A DNA stretch of 64,000 nt from Chthoniobacteraceae bacterium (GCA_031409655.1 JANNXQ010000170.1:32001-96000), one strand, 5' to 3'. Positions 48,938 through 58,426 are shown, counted from the first letter of the stretch. The notes: generated by a model not told the origin, from the letters alone. Made by a program: numbers and translations.

Positions 48938-50215
48938 ATGTCCGCCGCCACTCGCGCGCTTGCGCTGCTGCTTGCGATCAATCTTTTCAATTACCTCGAC
49001 CGCTACATCCTCGCGGCGGTGGAGCCGCTCATCGCGGATCACTTTTTTGCCGCGACCGATGAGACGGCGATGGCCAAGACGGGCGCACTCGCGACCGCAT
49101 TCCTCGTCAGCTACATGCTGCTCGCGCCGGTCTTTGGTTGGATGGCGGATCGCTTCTCGCGCTGGTGGATCGTCGGCGGTGGTGTGGCGCTGTGGAGTCT
49201 GGCGAGTGGATGCTCGGGGCTGGCGGGCACGTTCGCGGTGCTGATTCTCACGCGGGTCTTTGTCGGCATCGGCGAGGCGGCCTACGGGCCGGCGGCACCG
49301 ACGATCATCGCCGATCTCTACCCGGTCGCGAAACGCGGGCGGATGCTCTCCTACTTCTATCTCGCGATCCCGGTCGGCAGCGCACTCGGCTACGCGTTTG
49401 GCGGGAGTATCGGACAACACTACGGCTGGCGCTGGCCCTTCTACCTCGTGACGATCCCCGGGCTCGTGCTCGGCGGCCTGTGCCTGCTCATGCGCGACCC
49501 GCGATCCGCGGCGCGTGCGGCGGAGAAAAAGGCACCGATGAAAATGGACGATGTACTCGCGCTCTTCCGCATCCGCTCCTACGTCTTCAATACGGCGGCG
49601 ATGACGGCGATGACTTTCGCGATCGGCGGCATTTCGTTCTGGCTGCCGCGCTATCTGTACAAAGACCGCGCCGCGGACTTTGGCGGCGCCCCGAGCCTGG
49701 GGCAGATCAATCTCACCTTCGGCGGCATCATGGTCGTGGCAGGCTTGCTCGCGACGCTGACCGGTGGCTGGGCTGGCGATCGGTTGCGGGCGCGTTTCCC
49801 GAGCGCCTATTTCCTCGTCTCGGGAAGCGGCATGTTGCTCGCATTTCCTTTCACGGTGCTGATGCTCTACACGCCATTTCCGGGGGCCTGGGTGCTGGTC
49901 TTCTTCGCGATCTTCTTCCTCTTCTTCAACACTGGCCCCGCCAACGCCGCGCTGGCCAACGTCACGCCACCCTCCAACCGCGCGACGGCGTTTGCGCTCA
50001 ATATCCTGATGATCCACGCCCTCGGTGACGCCATCTCGCCGCCGCTGGTGGGCTGGATCGCCGGGAAGACGAGCATGCAGACGGGCTTCCTGCTGGTATC
50101 AGCGACGATGGTGCTGGCGAGCGGGTTTTGGTTTATGGGCGCGCGGTACTTGGGGCGGGATACGGCGGCGGTGGAGGCGCTGGGGGAACATCGAACATCG
50201 AACGTCGAACACTGA
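48938..50215 (+). CDS. Spinster-family MFS transporter
   Basis: INLFNYLDRY, GIGEAAY, YFYLAIPVGSALGY, IHALGDAISP. Confidence 0.85.
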   Translation: MSAATRALALLLAINLFNYLDRYILAAVEPLIADHFFAATDETAMAKTGALATAFLVSYMLLAPVFGWMADRFSRWWIVGGGVALWSLASGCSGLAGTFAVLILTRVFVGIGEAAYGPAAPTIIADLYPVAKRGRMLSYFYLAIPVGSALGYAFGGSIGQHYGWRWPFYLVTIPGLVLGGLCLLMRDPRSAARAAEKKAPMKMDDVLALFRIRSYVFNTAAMTAMTFAIGGISFWLPRYLYKDRAADFGGAPSLGQINLTFGGIMVVAGLLATLTGGWAGDRLRARFPSAYFLVSGSGMLLAFPFTVLMLYTPFPGAWVLVFFAIFFLFFNTGPANAALANVTPPSNRATAFALNILMIHALGDAISPPLVGWIAGKTSMQTGFLLVSATMVLASGFWFMGARYLGRDTAAVEALGEHRTSNVEH

Positions 50216-50283
50216 ACATCGAACGAAGAGGCAGCGCCCTCCTTGTTCGATGTTGGGTGTTGGATGTTCGACGTTCGATGTTT
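50186..50283. repeat. Inverted array of heptamers: (GAACATC)x5, spacer, (GATGTTC)x5
   Basis: GAACATC GAACATC GAACGTC GAACACT GAACATC GAAC, 20-nt spacer, GTTC GATGTTG GGTGTTG GATGTTC GACGTTC GATGTTT. Confidence 0.88.
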
Positions 50284-50296
50284 CATACTCCCTGAA

Positions 50297-52852
50297 ATGT
50301 CCGAAGCCCTGACCCCCATGATGCAGCAATACCAGAGCATCCGGAGGTCATTGCCTGCGGATACGCTGCTGCTCTTCCGGCTCGGGGATTTCTACGAGAT
50401 GTTTTTCGACGATGCGAAGGAGGCGTCGGCCCTGCTCAACGTCGCGCTCACGAAGCGGAATCTCGTGCCGATGTGCGGCGTGCCTTTTCACGCGGCGGAG
50501 AACTACATCCGGCGGCTCATCAAGGCCGGGAAACGCGTGGCGGTTTGCGACCAGGTATCCGAGCCGAAGCCGGGGAAGATCGTCGAACGCGAGATCACCC
50601 ACATCGTCAGCCCCGGCACGATCTCCGATCTGCACATGCTCGATGCGAAGCGGAACAACTTCCTCGCCTCCATCTACCAGGGCGCGAAGGGCGGGTTTGG
50701 ATTCGCATTCATCGATGTGACCACGGGCGATCTGCGGCTCACGGAACTCGCCGACGAAAAGGAACTCGCGGATGAACTGGCGCGCGTGCAACCGAGCGAA
50801 GTGCTCGTGAGCGAAGAGCAGGCAGGAGTTTACAAAGACATCCGCGGGCTGGTGCTGCGCGACGGCTACACCTTTCTGCTCGATCAGGCCTATTTCACCC
50901 TGCGCGAGCATTTCAAAGTGCAGTCGCTCGATGGCTTCGGTTGCAGTGATCTGCCGACGGCGATCGGGGCGGCGGGCGCGGTCGTGCATTACCTGAAGAA
51001 TGAGCTGCGCCGCTCGCTCAGCCATCTCACCCGGATGCAGGTTTATCGTAATGCGCAGTACATGGTGCTCGACGCGGTGACGCAGGCAAATCTGGAACTC
51101 GTGCAGGCGCGCGGCGGCGGGCGCGATACGTCGCTGCTCGGGGCGCTGGATCGCACGGCGACGCCAATGGGCGCGCGGAAAATGCGCGACTGGATCCTCC
51201 ACCCACTCTGCGACCTGGCGGCGCTGAATCAGCGCCAGCAGATGATCGGGGAGCTGCTCGCAGAGCCTTTCGTGTTGGGAAATGTGCGCGAGACTTTGAA
51301 GTCGATCCGCGACATGGAGCGAACGGTGGGGCGGTTGACGCAGACGGGTGGGAATGCACGCGACCTCCTCGTGCTGCGCACGGCGCTGGAGCAAATCCCG
51401 CAGCTCCGCGCGGACCTCGAAGCACTGCATTGTAGGGCAAGCGCTCCGCTTGCCGCGGGAGTGACGGCAAGCGGAGCGCTTGCCCTACAAAACCAGATCC
51501 AACGCGATCTCCAGCCGCTGCCGCACGTCGTCGAACTGCTCGCGAAAGCGATCATCGATGAGCCGCCGGCCTTGACCAAGGAGGGCGGGATGTTTCGCGA
51601 TGGCTACCACGCGCCGCTCGACGAACTGCGGCGCGCGTCCACGGACGGCAAGGAGTGGATCGCGCAACTCCAGCAGCGGGCGATCGAGGAGACGGGGATC
51701 AAGTCTTTGAAGGTCCGTTTCACTTCGGTCTTCGGCTACTTCTTGGAGGTCACAAAATCGAACCTCGATAAGGTGCCGCCGAGCTGGCACCGCAAGCAGA
51801 CCGTCGCGACCGGCGAGCGTTTCATCACGCCAGAGCTGAAGGAAGTGGAAGGCAAAATCCTCGGTGCGGATGAAAAGGGAAAAGCCCTCGAGCACGAACT
51901 CTTCCTCCAACTCCGCGACGAAGTGCTGCAAGACCTGCCGTCCCTGCAATCCACCGCGCACGCCGTGGCTACGCTCGACGTGATCTGTTCCCTCGCTGAG
52001 ACCGCGCGTCTCTACAACTACTGTCGTCCCGTGCTTTCGGAAGAGCTCGCCATCTCCGTGGTGGATGGCCGCCACCCGGTGCTCGATCAATCACTCGTGG
52101 AGGAAAAATTCGTCCCGAATGACGTGACCCTCGACGCCGAGAAGAACCGGCTGCTCATCCTGACTGGCCCAAACATGGCGGGCAAATCGACCTACATCCG
52201 CCAGGTCGCGCTGCTCGTGCTCATGGCGCAGATCGGTTCGTGGGTGCCGGCGAAGAGCGCGGAGATCGGGCTGGCGGATCGCATCTTCACCCGCGTCGGC
52301 GCGAACGACGACCTCTCGCGCGGGCAATCCACTTTCATGGTGGAGATGAACGAAACCGCGAACATTACCAACAACGCGACGGCACGTTCGCTCGTGATCC
52401 TGGATGAGATCGGGCGCGGCACCTCGACTTTTGACGGCCTCTCGATCGCCTGGAGCGTCGCCGAGTATCTGCACGATGAAGTGAAGGCGCGGACGCTTTT
52501 CGCCACGCACTACCACGAACTCACCGAACTCGAGATGACTCGCGGCGGCGTGCGCAACTACAACGTCGCGGTGCGCGAATGGAACGATCAGATCATCTTC
52601 CTGCGCAAAATCGTCAAAGGCGGCGCGGACAAGAGCTACGGCATCCAGGTCGCGCGGCTCGCAGGCCTCCCGCCGTCGATCATCGCGCGCGCGAAGGAAA
52701 TCCTGAGCAACCTCGAACAGCACGAACTCAACGCCGAAGGCAAACCGGCACTTGCCGAGGCCCCGCCACCCCAGAAGCACGGCAAGCCGCGCGGGAAGAA
52801 GAAAGCCGAGAAGGCGCTCGCGGAGATGAAGCCGCAGATGACGCTGTTCTGA
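50297..52852 (+). CDS. mutS: DNA mismatch repair protein MutS
   Basis: TPMMQQY, FRLGDFYEMF, TGPNMAGKST, STFMVEM, LDEIGRGTST, FATHYHEL, SYGIQVA. Confidence 0.98.
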   Translation: MSEALTPMMQQYQSIRRSLPADTLLLFRLGDFYEMFFDDAKEASALLNVALTKRNLVPMCGVPFHAAENYIRRLIKAGKRVAVCDQVSEPKPGKIVEREITHIVSPGTISDLHMLDAKRNNFLASIYQGAKGGFGFAFIDVTTGDLRLTELADEKELADELARVQPSEVLVSEEQAGVYKDIRGLVLRDGYTFLLDQAYFTLREHFKVQSLDGFGCSDLPTAIGAAGAVVHYLKNELRRSLSHLTRMQVYRNAQYMVLDAVTQANLELVQARGGGRDTSLLGALDRTATPMGARKMRDWILHPLCDLAALNQRQQMIGELLAEPFVLGNVRETLKSIRDMERTVGRLTQTGGNARDLLVLRTALEQIPQLRADLEALHCRASAPLAAGVTASGALALQNQIQRDLQPLPHVVELLAKAIIDEPPALTKEGGMFRDGYHAPLDELRRASTDGKEWIAQLQQRAIEETGIKSLKVRFTSVFGYFLEVTKSNLDKVPPSWHRKQTVATGERFITPELKEVEGKILGADEKGKALEHELFLQLRDEVLQDLPSLQSTAHAVATLDVICSLAETARLYNYCRPVLSEELAISVVDGRHPVLDQSLVEEKFVPNDVTLDAEKNRLLILTGPNMAGKSTYIRQVALLVLMAQIGSWVPAKSAEIGLADRIFTRVGANDDLSRGQSTFMVEMNETANITNNATARSLVILDEIGRGTSTFDGLSIAWSVAEYLHDEVKARTLFATHYHELTELEMTRGGVRNYNVAVREWNDQIIFLRKIVKGGADKSYGIQVARLAGLPPSIIARAKEILSNLEQHELNAEGKPALAEAPPPQKHGKPRGKKKAEKALAEMKPQMTLF
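51430..51490. repeat. GTAG-type REP doublet (perfect 26-bp inverted repeat) inside mutS
   Basis: TTGTAGGGCAAGCGCTCCGCTTGCCG - CGGGAGTGA - CGGCAAGCGGAGCGCTTGCCCTACAA. Confidence 0.9.
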
Positions 52853-52870
52853 GGCTGCGGTTGGGAGCGG

Positions 52871-54112
52871 TTACGCGACCGGCAGAGATTTTCCGACCGT
52901 CGCCATGCTTTCACTCTGGCGCTGCTGGACGAAGTCGCGCGCTTTCATGGCCTTTGCTTTCGCGGTGGCGGGATCTTTCGCCAGTGCGAGCACGGCAGGG
53001 ACGATGCCGGGGATTTCGGCTTCGTTGTCCATATCGAAGAGCCATTCGCCGAGCCCAATGTCGCGCCACATCAGGCCCTTGCTAGTCTGCTCTTGCCAGC
53101 GGCAGACGATCGCGGGGATGCCATTGCCGATGCACATGATGGGGCTGTGCATCTCCGCGCCGAAAAGGCCGGCGCTGCGCACGTAGGTGCTGAGGGCTTC
53201 GTCGGTGAGCCAGTAATTTGGCCGCCAGACGACCTTCGACTTCGCGTCGTCGGGCAGTTTGTCCACGAGCATTTCCTTGCCGATTTCCATCTGGCTGGAG
53301 TCCTCGGGGCAGACGAGCACCTTCATCCCGGTCTGCCGGACCACGGCGACGATGGCCTCGCGCAGCGGCCCGAGATCGTGCTCTTTCATCGCCTCGTTGC
53401 GGGCGTGCTTTCTTTCGTCGAAGGCCACGCCGGGCTTCATCTTCCAGTAAGGCGTGTTGCGGAAGCGCGGGATGCAGCAGAGGAATTTTCCGGGCTCAAG
53501 CTGATTGGATTTTAGGAACGTGTCCGCGGCGGCGTCATTGCGCAGATCCACGGCGAAGGATCCTTCGGGGCAAAACTCCATGATGGGTGAGGAGACGCCG
53601 TGATCCTTGGCGAACTGGAGCGAGACGGAGTCGCGGAAGTAAACAAACCTTGCGCCGCTGAGGAGATCGATCGTCGGCTGGTCTGTGTATGAAGCGGTGA
53701 TCCCGTAGATGCCGTAGGGTTTGCCGGTTTCGTCGCGCCACTTGGCGACATCCTTCTGGGCAACCAGGCTTGGTCCGGAGCCGTGCAGCAGGAAGTCGCA
53801 CTCCGCGAGTGCGGCCAGGATGTCTTCGCGGGTCTGGATGATTTTCACTTTCGGAAAGCGCTTAGTGAGTATCGCGTCCACGCCATTGGACACGCTGCTG
53901 GGCCAGAGGCGCACCTCCACATCGGGAAGATGCTGCTCGAGCAGGTGCAGGACCCCGGGCGTGTGCGCGATGTCGCCGATATTCACCGTCTGCCAGGAAG
54001 AGCGGAGGACGATGCGCCGCGGGCGCGTGGCGGCGTGGGTGAGACGGGGAGCGAGGCTGGCGGCGAGGGCGGTGGTGAGGAAGGTGCGGCGGGAGAGGTG
54101 CGGTGAGGACAT
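52871..54112 (-). CDS. Tat-signal polysaccharide pyruvyl-transferase-family protein
   Basis: SRRTFLTT signal; NIGD, LLHGSGP, YFRDSVS, EMHSPI..GIP. Confidence 0.75.
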   Translation of the reverse strand: MSSPHLSRRTFLTTALAASLAPRLTHAATRPRRIVLRSSWQTVNIGDIAHTPGVLHLLEQHLPDVEVRLWPSSVSNGVDAILTKRFPKVKIIQTREDILAALAECDFLLHGSGPSLVAQKDVAKWRDETGKPYGIYGITASYTDQPTIDLLSGARFVYFRDSVSLQFAKDHGVSSPIMEFCPEGSFAVDLRNDAAADTFLKSNQLEPGKFLCCIPRFRNTPYWKMKPGVAFDERKHARNEAMKEHDLGPLREAIVAVVRQTGMKVLVCPEDSSQMEIGKEMLVDKLPDDAKSKVVWRPNYWLTDEALSTYVRSAGLFGAEMHSPIMCIGNGIPAIVCRWQEQTSKGLMWRDIGLGEWLFDMDNEAEIPGIVPAVLALAKDPATAKAKAMKARDFVQQRQSESMATVGKSLPVA

Positions 54113-54153
54113 GGGAAAGGTTGGGAATCTGGGCGGGATCGGCGGCGCAGGAG

Positions 54154-54188
54154 AAACGCTAAACTTCAAACGCCAAACGCTAAACGGG
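54154..54188. repeat. Intergenic tandem heptamers (AAACGCT-like x5)
   Basis: AAACGCT AAACTTC AAACGCC AAACGCT AAACGGG. Confidence 0.65.
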
Positions 54189-54333
54189 AGGACACGCGCC
54201 AGGGCGGGAACTTTGGCGTTTTCTTCGCCGCGCCGCCCTTTAGACTTCAGAACAGATATCCGACTCCACACGCCCCGCTATTTTCCTCGCTCCGCCGGGA
54301 AAGCGCCGCATAGCCTCGCGGTCCGTTTTTGCC

Positions 54334-55218
54334 ATGGAATCACCTAACCCTGTGCTCCGCGTCGGTCTGCCTTCGGGCAGCTTGCAGGAGCCGACTTTCG
54401 CCCTTTTCGCCAAGGCCGGCTTCCACATTTCCGGCGCCAGTCGCTCGTACAAGCCGCAGGTGGACGACTCGGAAATCGTGATCCGCCTGCTGCGTGCGCA
54501 GGAGATTTCCCGCTACGTCGAACACGGCTTTCTGGATTGCGGGCTTACCGGCGCGGATTGGATCGCGAACAACAGCTCCGACGTGGAGGTGCTCGCGGAG
54601 ATGACCTTTTCCAAAGTGAGTAGCAAGCCGACGCGCTGGGTCATTGCCGTGCCGGAGGATTCAGACATTCGGACCGTGAAGGATCTGCAAGGCAAAGTAA
54701 TTGCCACGGAAGCCGTGGAACTTACGCGCAATTTCCTGGCGAAACATGGCGTCACGGCCGAGGTGGAATTCTCGTGGGGGGCGACCGAGGTGAAGGTGCC
54801 GGATCTCGTGGATGCGATCGCCGATGTGACGGAAACAGGCTCGTCGCTGCGGGCGAATAATCTGCGCATCCTGGAGACGATGATGGAGTCCTCCCCGCAG
54901 TTCATCGCGAACCATCGGGCAATGGAAGACGCTTGGAAAAAGGCGAAGATCGAAATGGTGGTGCTGCTGCTCAAAGGCGCCTTTGCCGCGCGCAACAAGG
55001 TGGGGCTGAAAATGAATCTGCCCGAGGACAAGCTCGCCGCCTTGCTCACGGCGCTCCCCGCCTTGCGCAATCCGACGATCTCGAAGCTCGCCTTCGATGG
55101 CTGGATCGCCGTCGAGACGATCACGGACGAAAGCGTCGTCCGCGAAATCATCCCGAAGCTCAAAGTGCTCGGCGCCGAGGGCATCATCGAGTATCCGCTG
55201 AACAAGGTGGTGTACTAA
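54334..55218 (+). CDS. hisG: ATP phosphoribosyltransferase (long form)
   Basis: GLPSGSL, RAQEI, DCGLTGADW, WGATE, DAIADVTETGSSLRANNL, C-terminal regulatory domain. Confidence 0.96.
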   Translation: MESPNPVLRVGLPSGSLQEPTFALFAKAGFHISGASRSYKPQVDDSEIVIRLLRAQEISRYVEHGFLDCGLTGADWIANNSSDVEVLAEMTFSKVSSKPTRWVIAVPEDSDIRTVKDLQGKVIATEAVELTRNFLAKHGVTAEVEFSWGATEVKVPDLVDAIADVTETGSSLRANNLRILETMMESSPQFIANHRAMEDAWKKAKIEMVVLLLKGAFAARNKVGLKMNLPEDKLAALLTALPALRNPTISKLAFDGWIAVETITDESVVREIIPKLKVLGAEGIIEYPLNKVVY

Positions 55219-55236
55219 GCGACCGAGGCGTCGGTG

Positions 55237-55947
55237 TCAGCCCATAGGCGTGAGGCGCACGGCCATCGAGGTGGCGAAGGCGCGGAAGCCGAGGCGTTCG
55301 GCGATGCACATCGAGGCGTGATTTGCGGCGAGCGTTCGATATTGCGGGAGCAACCCGGCAGCGAGCGCGCGGGCGGTGAGATGGGCGACCGCACTTTGCC
55401 CAAAGTCGCGGCCGCGAAAGGACGGATGGGTGACGATAGAAATGTGCGCGATAGTTCCACCCCAGACTTCGTAACCCGCCAAAGCGACAAGCTGGCCGCC
55501 CGAGAATACCCCGGAGCACGGATGGGCGATGTCGCTGCCACCGTGCTCCCATTCGTTGACGTCGCAGGCGCCCCGCAAAGCTTCGAGTGCGGGCGCGTCG
55601 GCGGCGTCGAGCGCACGCGTCGGCTGCAAGGCAGGTGCAACTTTTTCGGCGTAGCCGATGAAGGCTGGGCCGATGACCTTTGCGGCCACGGAACCCAGGG
55701 CGTTGGCAAATGAAGCGGGCGTGACCGGTCGCTGACGGAGGAGGTGCGAAAGGGTCTCCATGCGTTCCGGTGGGAGTGACGCAATCGCGTTTCCTTCCCG
55801 AAAGAGGCTGAAGGCTCCGGCGTAGCCTGCGAGTTCGCCACCATGTGGGACGATCCGCAGCGGTGCGGAAAAGAGGTCTCCCGGTTCGCAGCCCAGATGT
55901 TCCGCCCAGTAGCGGAGCGCGATGGCCGCGGCGCGTTTGCTCAGCAT
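55237..55947 (-). CDS. GNAT-family acetyltransferase
   Basis: IVTHPSFRGRDFG, NHASMCIAERLGF. Confidence 0.85.
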   Translation of the reverse strand: MLSKRAAAIALRYWAEHLGCEPGDLFSAPLRIVPHGGELAGYAGAFSLFREGNAIASLPPERMETLSHLLRQRPVTPASFANALGSVAAKVIGPAFIGYAEKVAPALQPTRALDAADAPALEALRGACDVNEWEHGGSDIAHPCSGVFSGGQLVALAGYEVWGGTIAHISIVTHPSFRGRDFGQSAVAHLTARALAAGLLPQYRTLAANHASMCIAERLGFRAFATSMAVRLTPMG

Positions 55948-56104
55948 GATTCGCGATTGCTACTGGCACGCGAGCGGGGCGGCAATCGCGATTCGCCAGG
56001 AGCCTCCGGCGCGCTCAATCGTGAAATGGCCAAAATTGTCGTTGCCCCCCCGGGGGAATAGTGATTCCCTCCCCGCCCCTAACCGAACATTTACCACCAC
56101 CTCA

Positions 56105-56209
56105 ATGGGTTCACTCAAAAAGCGCCGGAAGGCGAAAATCGCCAAACACAAACGCAGGAAGCGGATGAAGGAGAACCGCCACAAGAAGCGTTTGCGCTAC
56201 AAGAGCTAG
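56105..56209 (+). CDS. 34-aa basic AURKAIP1/COX24-domain (bS22-like) protein
   Basis: MGSLKKRRKAKIAKHKRRKRMKENRHKKRLRYKS. Confidence 0.85.
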   Translation: MGSLKKRRKAKIAKHKRRKRMKENRHKKRLRYKS

Positions 56210-56225
56210 CCGCTAAAATGCGGCC

Positions 56226-58238
56226 ATGAAAATGTCCCGTTCGGCAAGACCTTCATGGTGGCCGCGGGCGCTTTTCTTCGCGGTGCTCACCGCGGTCTTC
56301 GTTCCGGCTTACGGCGCTCCGCCGACGGGAACACCTGCGCGGATTCGCGAACCCAAACCGGCGGCTAAACCCGCTGCTGAGTCTGCCTCCAAGCCCGCCA
56401 AAGGCGCGCGCGCGACAGTCCCCGAGGTGCGACGCAAGGACGCCGAGCCGAAAATTTCCACCAAGCCGGTGACTGGCGTACCCCCTGTGGCGGGCGGCCC
56501 GGCGGAGTTTGCCGACGCCTATCCCTCGGAGATGCGCCCGGCGCCCGCCGACCTCCTCCTGAAGCCAGCAGACGCGCGGAAAGCGGAAGCCTTTGGGGCC
56601 TTCGCCGAGGGGCTGCTCGCCGAGGATAGCGCGGATTCGGAGCGGATGCTGGCGGGCTACCGGAAGACCCTCGAATACGACCCAGGCTACGTGGAGTTGG
56701 CCATCAAGGTGGCCGTCGAACTCGCCCGGCGGAACGACGCCCCGTCGGGCATCCAGATTCTCAAGGACGCCATCAAGGCCGAGCCCAAGGAGCCGCTGCC
56801 CTACGTCTATCTTTCCCAGCTCTACGCGCGCTTTCTGAAGAAACCCGAACTGGCGGAGAAGTATGCGCAGGACGCCCTGGCTCTTGCCCCGGAGAATTTC
56901 GCGACGCACCTCGCGCTCTACGAACTGCAGGCCACCGCTGGCGACCCGAAGAAAGCCGAGCAGGTCATCGAACGGGCAGCGAAGGTGAACTCGAAGGATC
57001 CGAAGTTTTGGATTCAACTCGGCAGCCTCTACCGCCGACTCTATCTCAAGGAAGACGGCACCGCGGGCCCCGAGGAGTTGAAGAAGATGAACGCCGTGCA
57101 TCTGAAGGCCGCCGATCTCGGGAAGGGCGACGTGGCCATCCTCACCGATGTCGGCGATTACTTCGTGCTCTCGAAGCAGGTCAAGGAAGCCATTCCTTAC
57201 TACCTCGCCGTCCTGGGCCTGCCTCAGGAAGCGGGCGATCCGCAGGTGGTGAATGTCCGCGACAAGCTCGCTCGCAGCTACATCGTCACCGGCCAGCGGG
57301 ACGAGGCCATCACCGTGCTCGAGCAGCTCACGCGCGACAACGCGCTCCGCTTCGAGACCTACGAACTCCTCGCCAAACTCTACGAAGAATGCAGCGAAGC
57401 CGAGCGCACCGCTGGCGACACCGCGAAGTCCGAAGCCTCGCTCCAGCGCGCGCTGGACAACTACCAGCATAGCCTGCTCCTCGACTCCAGCGTGCCGCAG
57501 AACCACCTGCGCCTTGCCGATGTGATGATGCGCCGCAAGCAGTTTGAAAAGGCCGTGGAGACGATGGTCGCGGCGAAGGTGAAATTCCCCGACGTGCCGG
57601 TGATCAAATACAGCCTCGCCATCGCCCTCGGCCAGGCGAAGCGGCACACCGAAGCGCTCGCGGCCTTTGCCGAGGCTCAGGCGGACGCCGAAAACAGCCA
57701 CGAAGAGTTGCTCAATGCGGAATTCTACCTGAGCTACGGCGCTGCGGCCGAACAGGCTGGCCTCACCGACCGCGCCGCGGAGCTTTTGCGCAAAAGCATC
57801 CAGCTCGATCCGAACAGCGCCAAAGCCATGAACTACCTCGGCTACATGTGGGCCGAACGTGGCGAGCAACTCGAGGAAGCTGGCGAACTGATCCGCAAAG
57901 CCAACGAACTCGATCCCGACAACGGCGCCTACCTCGACAGCCTCGGCTGGTATTACTTTAAAAAAGGTGAACCGGAGCGCGCGCTAAAAGAACTCCTCAG
58001 CGCCGCGGAACATATCCGGCGCGAGGAGAAAAAAGACGACGCCGTGGTGCTCGATCACATCGGCGACGCCTACGCGAAGCTCGGCAAAATGAGCGAGGCG
58101 CTGGACTACTGGAAGAAGGCCGTCGCCATCGGACTAGACGATCCAAAGACCGCCGGTCGCGTCGCGGAAAAGATCGAGGAAGCCAAACAGAAACTCACGC
58201 AAGGTGAGGCCGCGGTCGCGGAGCCGGCTAGGAACTGA
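56226..58238 (+). CDS. Exported TPR-repeat protein
   Basis: Signal peptide, many TPR repeats, AMNYLGYMWA, NGAYLDSLGWYYF, VLDHIGD. Confidence 0.9.
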   Translation: MKMSRSARPSWWPRALFFAVLTAVFVPAYGAPPTGTPARIREPKPAAKPAAESASKPAKGARATVPEVRRKDAEPKISTKPVTGVPPVAGGPAEFADAYPSEMRPAPADLLLKPADARKAEAFGAFAEGLLAEDSADSERMLAGYRKTLEYDPGYVELAIKVAVELARRNDAPSGIQILKDAIKAEPKEPLPYVYLSQLYARFLKKPELAEKYAQDALALAPENFATHLALYELQATAGDPKKAEQVIERAAKVNSKDPKFWIQLGSLYRRLYLKEDGTAGPEELKKMNAVHLKAADLGKGDVAILTDVGDYFVLSKQVKEAIPYYLAVLGLPQEAGDPQVVNVRDKLARSYIVTGQRDEAITVLEQLTRDNALRFETYELLAKLYEECSEAERTAGDTAKSEASLQRALDNYQHSLLLDSSVPQNHLRLADVMMRRKQFEKAVETMVAAKVKFPDVPVIKYSLAIALGQAKRHTEALAAFAEAQADAENSHEELLNAEFYLSYGAAAEQAGLTDRAAELLRKSIQLDPNSAKAMNYLGYMWAERGEQLEEAGELIRKANELDPDNGAYLDSLGWYYFKKGEPERALKELLSAAEHIRREEKKDDAVVLDHIGDAYAKLGKMSEALDYWKKAVAIGLDDPKTAGRVAEKIEEAKQKLTQGEAAVAEPARN

Positions 58239-58273
58239 GTCCCCAGAGACGAGTCATTCCGCTGGAGAAAAAG

Positions 58274-58345
58274 TGGGTCGGGCGAGACTCGAACTCGCAA
58301 CCAACGCCTTAAAAGGGCGCTGCTCTACCATTGAGCTACCGACCC
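58274..58345 (-). tRNA. tRNA-Lys(UUU), CCA not encoded
   Basis: Reverse complement GGGTCGGTAGCTCAATGGTAGAGCAGCGCCCTTTTAAGGCGTTGGTTGCGAGTTCGAGTCTCGCCCGACCCA folds into a cloverleaf with anticodon TTT. Confidence 0.97.
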
Positions 58346-58426
58346 GGTCTACAAAAACGCGGACGGCTGGTTAATTCACGTGCCGGGGTGGCGCAAGGAA
58401 TTATTCCAGCTAGCCTGCGCGGTTCC

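Noticed and set aside
50186..50283. Repeat array as a possible CRISPR
   Set aside because: 7-nt units without unique spacers, and no cas genes in the window
50243..50296. Upstream start extensions in the ORF track (mutS and others such as 26396, 48990, 54271, 58331)
   Set aside because: They run through repeats, a tRNA or neighbouring genes; downstream starts fit family N-termini, signal peptides or coupled overlaps better
58274..58345. tRNA-Lys as an integration site
   Set aside because: No integrase and no duplicated tRNA 3' end seen; flanking genes look like core genes
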